DNA from: Ignavibacteriales bacterium
GTDB taxonomy: Bacteria > Bacteroidota > Ignavibacteria > Ignavibacteriales > Ignavibacteriaceae
NCBI GenBank assembly: GCA_016707285.1
Contig: JADJIA010000006.1
Span: 8,268 to 72,267, forward strand
Reading direction: 5' to 3'
DNA length: 64,000 nucleotides
A program made the position numbers and the translations under genes. This document shows positions 57,056-64,000 of this stretch, one piece after another; the first letter of the stretch is position 1; the number at the start of each line of letters is the position of its first letter. A model generated the notes under the pieces. It was not told the DNA's origin and searched no databases. It was given only the letters and a program-made list of their open reading frames with translations.

Positions 57056-58048
57056 TTAAGCGATCTTTTTTAACAGATCGATAACTCTGCATGAATATCC
57101 CCACTCGTTATCATACCAGCCGACAACTTTAACAAGTGTTCCGCTAACCATTGTTGAGAGGGAATCAAAGATACATGAACTTGGATTATGAACGATATCA
57201 GAGGAAACGATTGGATCTTCTGTATATTCAAGAACGCCTTTCATTGGACCTTCGGCAGCTTTTTTCATTGCTGCGTTTATTTCTTCAATTGTTGCTTCTT
57301 TTGAAAGTATTCCAACAAAATCAGTGATCGAACCGTCAGGTGTAGGAACTCTTAGTGAGAATCCATCAAGTTTACCTTTTAATTCAGGGATAACTTTTCC
57401 GACTGTTTTAGCAGCACCTGTGGTGGTAGGGATGATGTTTGTTGCTGCTGTTCTTGCTCTTCTGAGATCGCTGTGTGGGAAATCAAGAACTCTTTGGTCA
57501 TTTGTGTATGAATGAACCGTTGTCATGAAACCTTTTTCAAGACCAAATGAATCATTTAATACTTTTGCCATTGGAGCGAGACAGTTTGTTGTACATGAAG
57601 CATTGGAGATAACCACTTCTTCACCTGTTAAGATATCATCATTTACACCCATTACGATGGTTGCATCGATATCACCTTTTGCAGGTACTGTAAGGATAAC
57701 CTTTTTCGCACCGGCTGCGATGTGTGGCATACATTTTTCTTTTGTGGCAAAAACTCCGGTGGCTTCGATTACATATTCAGCGCCGAATTCTTTCCACTTC
57801 AGATTTGCAGGGTCTCTTTCTGCTGTGATCTCGATCCTTTTACCGTTTACGATCAGGGCATTGCCTTCTACTACAACTGTGCCGTTAAATTTGCCGTGAA
57901 CTGAGTCATATTTTAAAAGATGACCAAGTGTGCGGGCATCTGTAAGGTCGTTAATAGCAACTATATCTATTCCACCAACATCAAGTGCTCTTCTGAATAC
58001 TAATCTTCCGATTCTTCCGAATCCATTTATTCCAACTTTTAGTGACAT
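57056..58048 (-). CDS. gap: Glyceraldehyde-3-phosphate dehydrogenase, type I
   Basis: INGFGRIGR, the active site [12 protein letters not shown], and WYDNEWGYS. Confidence 0.96.
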   Translation of the reverse strand: MSLKVGINGFGRIGRLVFRRALDVGGIDIVAINDLTDARTLGHLLKYDSVHGKFNGTVVVEGNALIVNGKRIEITAERDPANLKWKEFGAEYVIEATGVFATKEKCMPHIAAGAKKVILTVPAKGDIDATIVMGVNDDILTGEEVVISNASCTTNCLAPMAKVLNDSFGLEKGFMTTVHSYTNDQRVLDFPHSDLRRARTAATNIIPTTTGAAKTVGKVIPELKGKLDGFSLRVPTPDGSITDFVGILSKEATIEEINAAMKKAAEGPMKGVLEYTEDPIVSSDIVHNPSSCIFDSLSTMVSGTLVKVVGWYDNEWGYSCRVIDLLKKIA

Positions 58049-58224
58049 GTTTTCTCCTCATCATTAAAGAATTATTTAGACTTTCAAATTTACCGATCTT
58101 TGAGATATTTATCAATGCAATTATTCGTTTTCACATAAGGTAAATTATTATTTATACAGATTTTTACATAAATGGCAATTTTTAGACGAAATGTTACCGT
58201 TACAGAAATTATTTAATTTGATAT

Positions 58225-58240
58225 TGTGATAAATCTCACT
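58225..58240. promoter_or_regulatory. CRP-type palindromic box TGTGA-N6-TCACT
   Basis: TGTGATAAATCTCACT matches 9 of 10 positions of the TGTGA-N6-TCACA consensus. It lies 30 nt upstream of the Crp/Fnr-family gene, in the divergent gap/crp intergenic region. Confidence 0.45.
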
Positions 58241-58269
58241 AAATTGGGTAAAAAAAAAAGGAACTTTTA

Positions 58270-58950
58270 ATGGACAACCTGGACTTTCCAAAATTTGTAC
58301 CTCTCTTCGAGAATCTTGAGGATGAAACTATCCTCAAAATCTCTGAATTGGGTAAAATGAAATCTTTTGTTAAAGACGCCGTAGTCCTGCTCGAACATGA
58401 AACCGGCAACGCTCTCTTTGTGATCGTCTCCGGCAAAGTTAAAGTAAGTCGCGAAAGCGACGATGGAAGAGAAGTCATTCTGACCTACTTGAATCCAAAC
58501 GACTTTTTTGGTGAAATGGCTTTACTCGATGGGCTTGCAAGATCTGCTACTGTTACAGCAATTGAAGATACTGAATTATTCATTATCGAAAGAGCTGATT
58601 TCCTCGATCTTCTTTATAGTCACCCCGAGGTTTCTATCAGTTTGCTCCAGGAACTGACCAAGAGACTTCGCGCTGCCGACATGAAGATCAAATCACTCTC
58701 CTTAAAGGATGCTGAAGGTAAAGTTGCCACTGTAATTCTTCAGATAGCTGACGATGTTGGCAAAATCAGACAAGGTGTAGTGGAAATCGAGAAACTCCCC
58801 TATCAACACGATCTCGCAAATATGGCAGGAACTTCAAGGGAAACGATTTCAAGAACCCTTCACAATTTTGTTAAAAAAGGTCTTATTGAACTTGACGGTA
58901 ATAAACTCAGAATTCCCAATTATGAAGAATTCAGGAAGTTCTTTTCCTGA
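58270..58950 (+). CDS. Crp/Fnr-family transcriptional regulator
   Basis: cNMP-binding fold (FGEMALLDGLARSATVTA). C-terminal helix-turn-helix (LANMAGTSRETISRTLHNF). No N-terminal Fnr cysteine cluster. Confidence 0.9.
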   Translation: MDNLDFPKFVPLFENLEDETILKISELGKMKSFVKDAVVLLEHETGNALFVIVSGKVKVSRESDDGREVILTYLNPNDFFGEMALLDGLARSATVTAIEDTELFIIERADFLDLLYSHPEVSISLLQELTKRLRAADMKIKSLSLKDAEGKVATVILQIADDVGKIRQGVVEIEKLPYQHDLANMAGTSRETISRTLHNFVKKGLIELDGNKLRIPNYEEFRKFFS

Positions 58951-58953
58951 ATA

Positions 58954-59775
58954 ATGGGTTTTAAAGCCGATCTACACACACATACCACTCATTCAGATGG
59001 GTGGTTGAGCGTGGAAAGTCTCCTCAGAAGAGCTATCCTGCAGCAAGTTGATGTTTTGTCAATTACTGATCACGACACAGTTTCCGGTTTTATTGAAGCC
59101 GAAAAAGTTAATACCAAATATGGGCTGAAACTTGTTCCGGGGATCGAATTGAGTGCCCAATACATTGAATTCGAAGTTCATGTGCTTGGTTACTATTTTG
59201 ATACAAACAATAAACAGATAACGGAATACACCGAAACTTTAAAGATTGACAGACTTCAGAGATGTAATCGAATTGTTGACAAACTTAAAGCCGAAGGCGT
59301 GGATATTTCGCTCGATGAGGTAAAAGCTGAATGCAAAGGGGAAATTATTGGCAGACCACACATTGCAAAAGCATTGATCAAGAAAAAAATTGCCAAAAAT
59401 TTTTCGCATGCTTTCAGAAGTTTCCTTGGCAATAATGCCGCATCTTATGAAAAAAAATATTTTATCTCCCCTACAGATGCTGTAAAAATGATACATGATG
59501 CCGGTGGAATTGCAGTTCTTGCTCACCCGGGCAATTTTGATGATAACACCCTTTCTATTATTCTTCAAGAAAATTTTGATGCCATCGAAGCAATACACCC
59601 TTCTCACTCCACTCCACAGCAGCAAAAACTTATCAATATCTGCAAAGAAAAGGGAATTCCTTATTCCGGCGGTTCCGATTTTCATGGTGGAAATGCAACC
59701 GACCGGGGATATATCGGTCTCTATTTCCTGAATAAAAAAGAGTTCTCAGATATAGAATCTCTTAAAAAGATGTAA
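58954..59775 (+). CDS. PHP-domain phosphoesterase (TrpH/YciV-like)
   Basis: [22 protein letters not shown] and GSDFHG metal-binding motifs. Confidence 0.88.
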   Translation: MGFKADLHTHTTHSDGWLSVESLLRRAILQQVDVLSITDHDTVSGFIEAEKVNTKYGLKLVPGIELSAQYIEFEVHVLGYYFDTNNKQITEYTETLKIDRLQRCNRIVDKLKAEGVDISLDEVKAECKGEIIGRPHIAKALIKKKIAKNFSHAFRSFLGNNAASYEKKYFISPTDAVKMIHDAGGIAVLAHPGNFDDNTLSIILQENFDAIEAIHPSHSTPQQQKLINICKEKGIPYSGGSDFHGGNATDRGYIGLYFLNKKEFSDIESLKKM

Positions 59776-59845
59776 ATTATTCAGTTTTTTTATATTTACT
59801 CATTCTTTATGTTTCCTGAACCTATTTTTGATTTTGAGGATTGTT

Positions 59846-60316
59846 ATGAAAGAAATAAACGGATTATTACAAGCCGATGGACTAAAGTTTGCAATTGTTG
59901 TGAGCAGGTTCAACGATTTTATTACAAATAAACTTCTCGAAGGAGCCATTGACTGTTTGGTAAGGCATGGCGCTGAAGATGAGAACATTACTGTCGTTCG
60001 TGTTCCCGGAGCATTTGAGATTCCTTTTATAGCAAAAGCTGTTGCAGAAAAAAAAGAATACAATTCAGTAATTTGCCTCGGTGCTGTGATTAGAGGGGCA
60101 ACCCCCCATTTCGATTTTGTTGCTTCCGAATCTGCCAAAGGTGTTGCACAGGCATCTATGTCAACCGGTGTTCCCGTTATCTATGGTGTTCTTACAACTG
60201 ATACAATTGAACAGGCAGTTGAAAGAGCCGGAACCAAAGCAGGTAATAAAGGCTGGGATGCCGCTTTAACCGCAATAGAAACCGCAAATCTTCTAAATGA
60301 ATTGAATAAAAAGTAG
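59846..60316 (+). CDS. ribH: 6,7-dimethyl-8-ribityllumazine synthase
   Basis: [41 protein letters not shown] 59846 is preferred over the upstream TTG at 59828. Confidence 0.95.
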   Translation: MKEINGLLQADGLKFAIVVSRFNDFITNKLLEGAIDCLVRHGAEDENITVVRVPGAFEIPFIAKAVAEKKEYNSVICLGAVIRGATPHFDFVASESAKGVAQASMSTGVPVIYGVLTTDTIEQAVERAGTKAGNKGWDAALTAIETANLLNELNKK

Positions 60317-60324
60317 CCTGATAA

Positions 60325-62580
60325 ATGCTGAAAACGATTTTCGCCCTCCTTTTAATGATTTTTACAGGGAATATTTTTGCTCAGGAAGCCTATGACTGGC
60401 GTATTTATTCCAACAAAAAGAATCTCTCTGCAATCCACTTTGATGGTGTATCCATCTGGGCAGGATCTGATGGCGGTGCTTATCGTTTTACCCTCCAGGA
60501 TTCTTCATTTACTGAGTTTACAAAAGCGGCAGGTCTAAATGGTTCTGCTGTTACTGCCATAATAATCGATAATCAGAATAAAGTCTGGTTTGGAAGTAAA
60601 AATGGTATAATCGATGTTTATGAACAGGAAACCGGCACTTTTAAAAGAATTATGGCGATTTCAAATTCAGGAAAACCACAAAAAGGAATTAATAATTTTG
60701 TCCTTTATGGTGACACCGTTGTGGTTTCTACCGATTTTGGAGTCTCTTTAATCAACAGCAAAACCCTCAATTTTTACGACTCTTTCATAAAATTTGGAAA
60801 TATTGCAGCAAATACCAAAGTAAACTCTGTATATCGTGATTCGAGATTTTATGTTGCCACTCAAGGGGGGCTTGCAGTGCAAAAGGTGGGTACTACCAAT
60901 CTAAACGATCCCGAAGCATGGGATGTTTACCAGAGCATACCCTCTGTCGGAACAGTTTCATTCCAACTTGTAACTGCTGACAATGGAATATATCTGGCTG
61001 GAACAAATAAGGGCCTTTACTCTTTCAGTAACGGAGTGTTCACACTTTTTAGTGCTGATCTCAATAACAAAACAATTAAAAAATTCGCCAAAGCTGGTTC
61101 AAACTCCTATTTCCTCTCAGATTATTCGATTCCAGGGGGTAGCAGGAGTTCGATCGATGTTTTTAACGGCACAACCAAAATCAAATCTGTTACTGACCTT
61201 CCAACAACCGTTGACCTGATTCCCGAATTGAACTCGTTCCTTTATGCTGCTTCCACAGAGGGACTTTTGAAAATTAACGATGTCGGGATTACAGGAGCGA
61301 TTCAACCTAATGCACCTTCAGCAAACATCTTTAGTGGAATAACAGTTGACCTTAACGGAAATCTCTATTCCGCGAGCGGACGGGATGTCTCGGGTAAGGG
61401 TTTTTACAAATATGACGGGAACAGTTGGACCAATTATGATGTGGTCTCCACTCCCCTCTTACCCACGAATGCATATTATAATGCATCAACCACTCCCGAT
61501 GGTTCTGTGTACCTTGGAAGTTATGGAAGAGGTTTACTACGAATAAAACCTGATGGCAGCCTGATACCTTATACCACACAAAACACTCCTCTCGTGGGAA
61601 TTAGTACCGATCCTTCATTTCTCGTTGTTGCTGCAGTAAAATCTGACTCCAAAGGTAACCTCTGGATATTAAATTTTGACGCAGGAAACAGAAAAACCCT
61701 TAATATGCTGACAACTGACAGCACCTGGTATGGTTTTGAAAATAGTTTTGGAATCGGCTTAACAAACTATTCAACGCTTGAAATCGATCAAAACGATGTG
61801 AAGTGGTTTACTACTCCATTAAGGAACTCACTTTTCTACTATTCAGAAAAAGGAACCCCGGCAAATACTGCGGATGACATCTCGGGACAACTTAATGAAA
61901 GTAATGGTATGAACGGTCAAAAAATCAATGCATTGGCACTTGATAAAAGAGGTGACCTCTGGGTTGGTACCGATCTCGGAGTTCAGATTATTACTTCCTT
62001 AAGCACCGTCCTTCAAAACAGTTCCACGGCAAAACCTCGCGTTTCAACTGTTTTTTCGCTCAGACAACAAAGGATTAACTCAATAGTGGTTGATCCTGTA
62101 AACAGAAAATGGGTAGGCACTGATGCCGGCTTGTTTCTTGTTTCATCCGATGGAACAAGTCTCATAGCATTCTACGATGTGACCAACAGTCCACTCCTGG
62201 CGAACGAGATCACGATCATGGGAAGTGATCCAAAAGAGGGAAAAATATTTATTGGACAGACAGGCGGGTTAATTTCGTTTAAAACTCAGGCACCTTCCCC
62301 AAATACCGATTATTCAAATTTATATACCTATCCAAGTCCTTTCAGACCATCAAATGGTTCAATGATGACAATCGACGGACTAATCAAAGAATCTGACATT
62401 ATCATTCTTGATATTGCCGGAAACAAGGTTAAGTCGTTCTCTTCTCCCGGTGGAAGAGTTGCAAACTGGGATGGCAGGGATGACAACGGAAATGTAGTTT
62501 CAACCGGTGTTTATATTCTCGTTGCTTCTGATAAAGAAGGGAACACCGTTTCAAAAATAAAATTTTCCGTCGTCCGATAA
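60325..62580 (+). CDS. Secreted multi-blade beta-propeller protein (two-component-regulator-propeller-like repeats) with a CTD-like C-terminal beta-sandwich and no kinase module
   Basis: Signal peptide (FTGNIFAQE). Many repeats of the IWAGSDGG / VWFGSKNG / LWVGTDLG / KWVGTDAG type. The tail YTYPSPFRPSNG...IIILDIAGNKVKSF...WDGRDDNGNVVSTGVYILVASDKEG...KFSVVR. Confidence 0.8.
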   Translation: MLKTIFALLLMIFTGNIFAQEAYDWRIYSNKKNLSAIHFDGVSIWAGSDGGAYRFTLQDSSFTEFTKAAGLNGSAVTAIIIDNQNKVWFGSKNGIIDVYEQETGTFKRIMAISNSGKPQKGINNFVLYGDTVVVSTDFGVSLINSKTLNFYDSFIKFGNIAANTKVNSVYRDSRFYVATQGGLAVQKVGTTNLNDPEAWDVYQSIPSVGTVSFQLVTADNGIYLAGTNKGLYSFSNGVFTLFSADLNNKTIKKFAKAGSNSYFLSDYSIPGGSRSSIDVFNGTTKIKSVTDLPTTVDLIPELNSFLYAASTEGLLKINDVGITGAIQPNAPSANIFSGITVDLNGNLYSASGRDVSGKGFYKYDGNSWTNYDVVSTPLLPTNAYYNASTTPDGSVYLGSYGRGLLRIKPDGSLIPYTTQNTPLVGISTDPSFLVVAAVKSDSKGNLWILNFDAGNRKTLNMLTTDSTWYGFENSFGIGLTNYSTLEIDQNDVKWFTTPLRNSLFYYSEKGTPANTADDISGQLNESNGMNGQKINALALDKRGDLWVGTDLGVQIITSLSTVLQNSSTAKPRVSTVFSLRQQRINSIVVDPVNRKWVGTDAGLFLVSSDGTSLIAFYDVTNSPLLANEITIMGSDPKEGKIFIGQTGGLISFKTQAPSPNTDYSNLYTYPSPFRPSNGSMMTIDGLIKESDIIILDIAGNKVKSFSSPGGRVANWDGRDDNGNVVSTGVYILVASDKEGNTVSKIKFSVVR

Positions 62581-62581
62581 T

Positions 62582-63154
62582 TTAATTCATATATAATATC
62601 CAGAAGATTACAGGTATTAGAATACCTGCGGCAACAATCCATTTGCCCCGTCCAACTATTCCATTTTTGCCTCTGACCATAAAGATGCCCGACCCTGCAA
62701 GAAAAATTAGCAGTACGGCAAAAACATCTGCAACATAAGTCCACACCTTCTTGGGTTTATTCAGATGAAGAAAGTTCACTTCTTTAAGTACAGGTTTTCC
62801 ACTTGTGGTCTCAATTGTTAATTCACCTGTCGCCATATTAAAATCCACTTCTTTCCCCTCAAAAAAAAGTTTTATTTGCTCGTCAGATTCCTGAAAGATA
62901 TCTTTTAATTCACCTTCAAGTTTAAGATGTTTCATCACAATATTACCAAGATTTTCCGACTCCCAAAATTCTTTTGACAATGTATCTGCTTTGAACATCT
63001 CTTTGGTTATTGTATAGCTGGGATTCCAGTCATCTATATGGTTAACTGCCACTCCTGAAATTGAATATATTATCGTTAGACCTGCAATAAAATAGCCGAT
63101 ATCCCGGTGCCATTTGCGTAAAAATATCCTTGTTTTTTTCTCTCTCTCAGTCAT
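62582..63154 (-). CDS. PepSY-associated transmembrane-helix protein
   Basis: LRKWHRDIGYFIAGLTIIYSISGVAVNH N-terminal helix motif, a central soluble segment, and two C-terminal transmembrane helices. Confidence 0.7.
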   Translation of the reverse strand: MTEREKKTRIFLRKWHRDIGYFIAGLTIIYSISGVAVNHIDDWNPSYTITKEMFKADTLSKEFWESENLGNIVMKHLKLEGELKDIFQESDEQIKLFFEGKEVDFNMATGELTIETTSGKPVLKEVNFLHLNKPKKVWTYVADVFAVLLIFLAGSGIFMVRGKNGIVGRGKWIVAAGILIPVIFWILYMN

Positions 63155-63171
63155 GTTTTGTCCATTTTGTT

Positions 63172-63212
63172 ACAAAAAAAAGGTCTTAAAACACAATTGG
63201 TAATAAGACCTT
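63172..63212 (-). terminator. Rho-independent terminator after the DUF4920-like gene
   Basis: Stem AGGTCTTA (63181-63188) / TAAGACCT (63204-63211). On the minus strand it is followed by T8. Confidence 0.75.
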
Positions 63213-63233
63213 TAAAATAATTATACCACAGTG

Positions 63234-63698
63234 CTAAAAGATTTTAGCACCACTCCCTTTTATTCTGTAAACGGTTTTACCCGATTTAATAGTGGAGGCA
63301 TCAAACTTGGTGCCCTGCTCTTCAGCTTTATGTTTTTCAGCTTCGATAAGTTCTTCCTTGGTATATACCAGTTCCTCAACAACGCCCTCAACCAAAGCTT
63401 TATGACCTTTTTTGCTTACAGGGAAAACTATTACACCATCATCAACTTTAACTTTTATTTTTTGTCCTTTTTTGTCGCCTGAAATTTCCATCCAACAACC
63501 TCTTTTTTCACAAACATCGATGATTGTTCCCTCAACAAGCACTGTTTTACCAACAAAGTTTTTGGGTGTTGTAAAAATAGAAGAGACTTTTGTCTTTTTT
63601 GTTAGTGTTACGCCTTTGCCATAATTATCACCCTTTTGTCCGAATGAAACTCCGGAAAAAGTGAAAAGAATTACAGCTAATCCAAATAAATATTTCAT
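63234..63698 (-). CDS. DUF4920-like secreted protein
   Basis: Signal peptide, then GKTVLVEGTIIDVCEKRGCWMEI and KVDDGVIVFP, an OB-like small protein pattern seen in DUF4920 proteins (assigned from memory). Confidence 0.6.
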   Translation of the reverse strand: MKYLFGLAVILFTFSGVSFGQKGDNYGKGVTLTKKTKVSSIFTTPKNFVGKTVLVEGTIIDVCEKRGCWMEISGDKKGQKIKVKVDDGVIVFPVSKKGHKALVEGVVEELVYTKEELIEAEKHKAEEQGTKFDASTIKSGKTVYRIKGSGAKIF

Positions 63699-63795
63699 TT
63701 GTTATTCCTGTTTTGTTAAAAATACTGCCAATTAAAAAATTATAGAACCGTCAATGTTTGACCATTATCTGAGCAAAAAGGTTTAATACACACTA

Positions 63796-64000
63796 TTAAT
63801 GTTCTGCATTCTCGGGAAGAAGTAAATCTTTTATAAAATCGGTAAATTTTGAAATATCAAGAGGCTTTGTATAGAAAAAATCGAAACCTTCTTCCAAAAT
63901 CGCTTTTTTGTCAGAATTTAGAGTGTATCCGGTTACTGCAATAAACGGGATCAATTCATACCCGGGAAACGATCTTATTTTTTTCATGGTTTCCACTCCT
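63796..64000 (-). CDS. Response-regulator receiver domain protein, N-terminus beyond the window
   Basis: ...IPFIAVTGYTLNSDKKAILEEGFDFFYTKPLDISKF is the alpha4-beta5-alpha5 part of a REC domain. The frame stays open to the window end. Confidence 0.75.
   Translation of the reverse strand, partial: GVETMKKIRSFPGYELIPFIAVTGYTLNSDKKAILEEGFDFFYTKPLDISKFTDFIKDLLLPENAEH

Noticed and set aside
59776-59845. FMN riboswitch upstream of ribH
   Set aside because: Only about 70 nt of AT-rich spacer is available, and none of the conserved FMN-element helices or AGGAT/GGGC-type cores are visible.
63231-63624. Plus-strand ORFs of 70-83 aa overlapping the DUF4920-like gene
   Set aside because: They are antisense shadow ORFs. 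The minus-strand frame has a signal peptide and conserved CxxxGC motif context.

Overview
This 64-kb window looks like ordinary chromosome from an AT-rich bacterium of the Fibrobacterota-Chlorobiota-Bacteroidota (FCB) group. My guess is an Ignavibacteriota-like lineage. That rests only on the many ...NYPNPFNPST... type IX secretion (T9SS) C-terminal sorting domains and the sigma70-like promoters; no database search was possible.

I support about 50 protein genes, 2 tRNAs (Thr-TGT, Arg-CCT), about a dozen hairpin/U-run terminators and a few candidate operators and promoters. I saw no rRNA, CRISPR array, transposase, integrase, phage or recognisable defence genes.

Gene content, in order:
- pdxH (5'-truncated by the window edge) and an EamA transporter.
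- A TetR-controlled HlyD/ABC/TolC/ABC-2 efflux operon carrying four frame-disrupting indels.
- Two TonB-dependent receptor (TBDR) operons with no SusD. One also encodes a PorV-like barrel and CTD-bearing beta-propeller proteins.
- DPP-IV, pyrE, yidD, an M24 peptidase, and a GH13 amylase translationally coupled to a soluble histidine kinase.
- Further T9SS cargo genes and an OSBS/enolase-superfamily enzyme.
- A two-component cluster containing a DHp-only protein.
- An M28 peptidase, eno, uvrA, yigZ, a metallophosphoesterase and a rhomboid protease.
- pgk, gap, a crp-family regulator, a PHP phosphoesterase and ribH.

The items I consider most worth a second look:
1. The TBDR / PorV-like / CTD-cargo operon at 12.3-21.2 kb, which may be a SusD-independent surface capture module.
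2. A three-copy composite intergenic repeat family at about 545-705, 24530-24786 and 50779-51004. It is built from short degenerate tandem oligomers, and its conserved CTGCG...CCCC end always abuts the stop codon of a converging gene.
3. A possible four-step phosphorelay at 38.7-42.4 kb.
4. The clustering of all detectable frameshifts in the efflux operon.

All functional calls come from motifs read in the supplied translations. None were checked by BLAST or HMM search.
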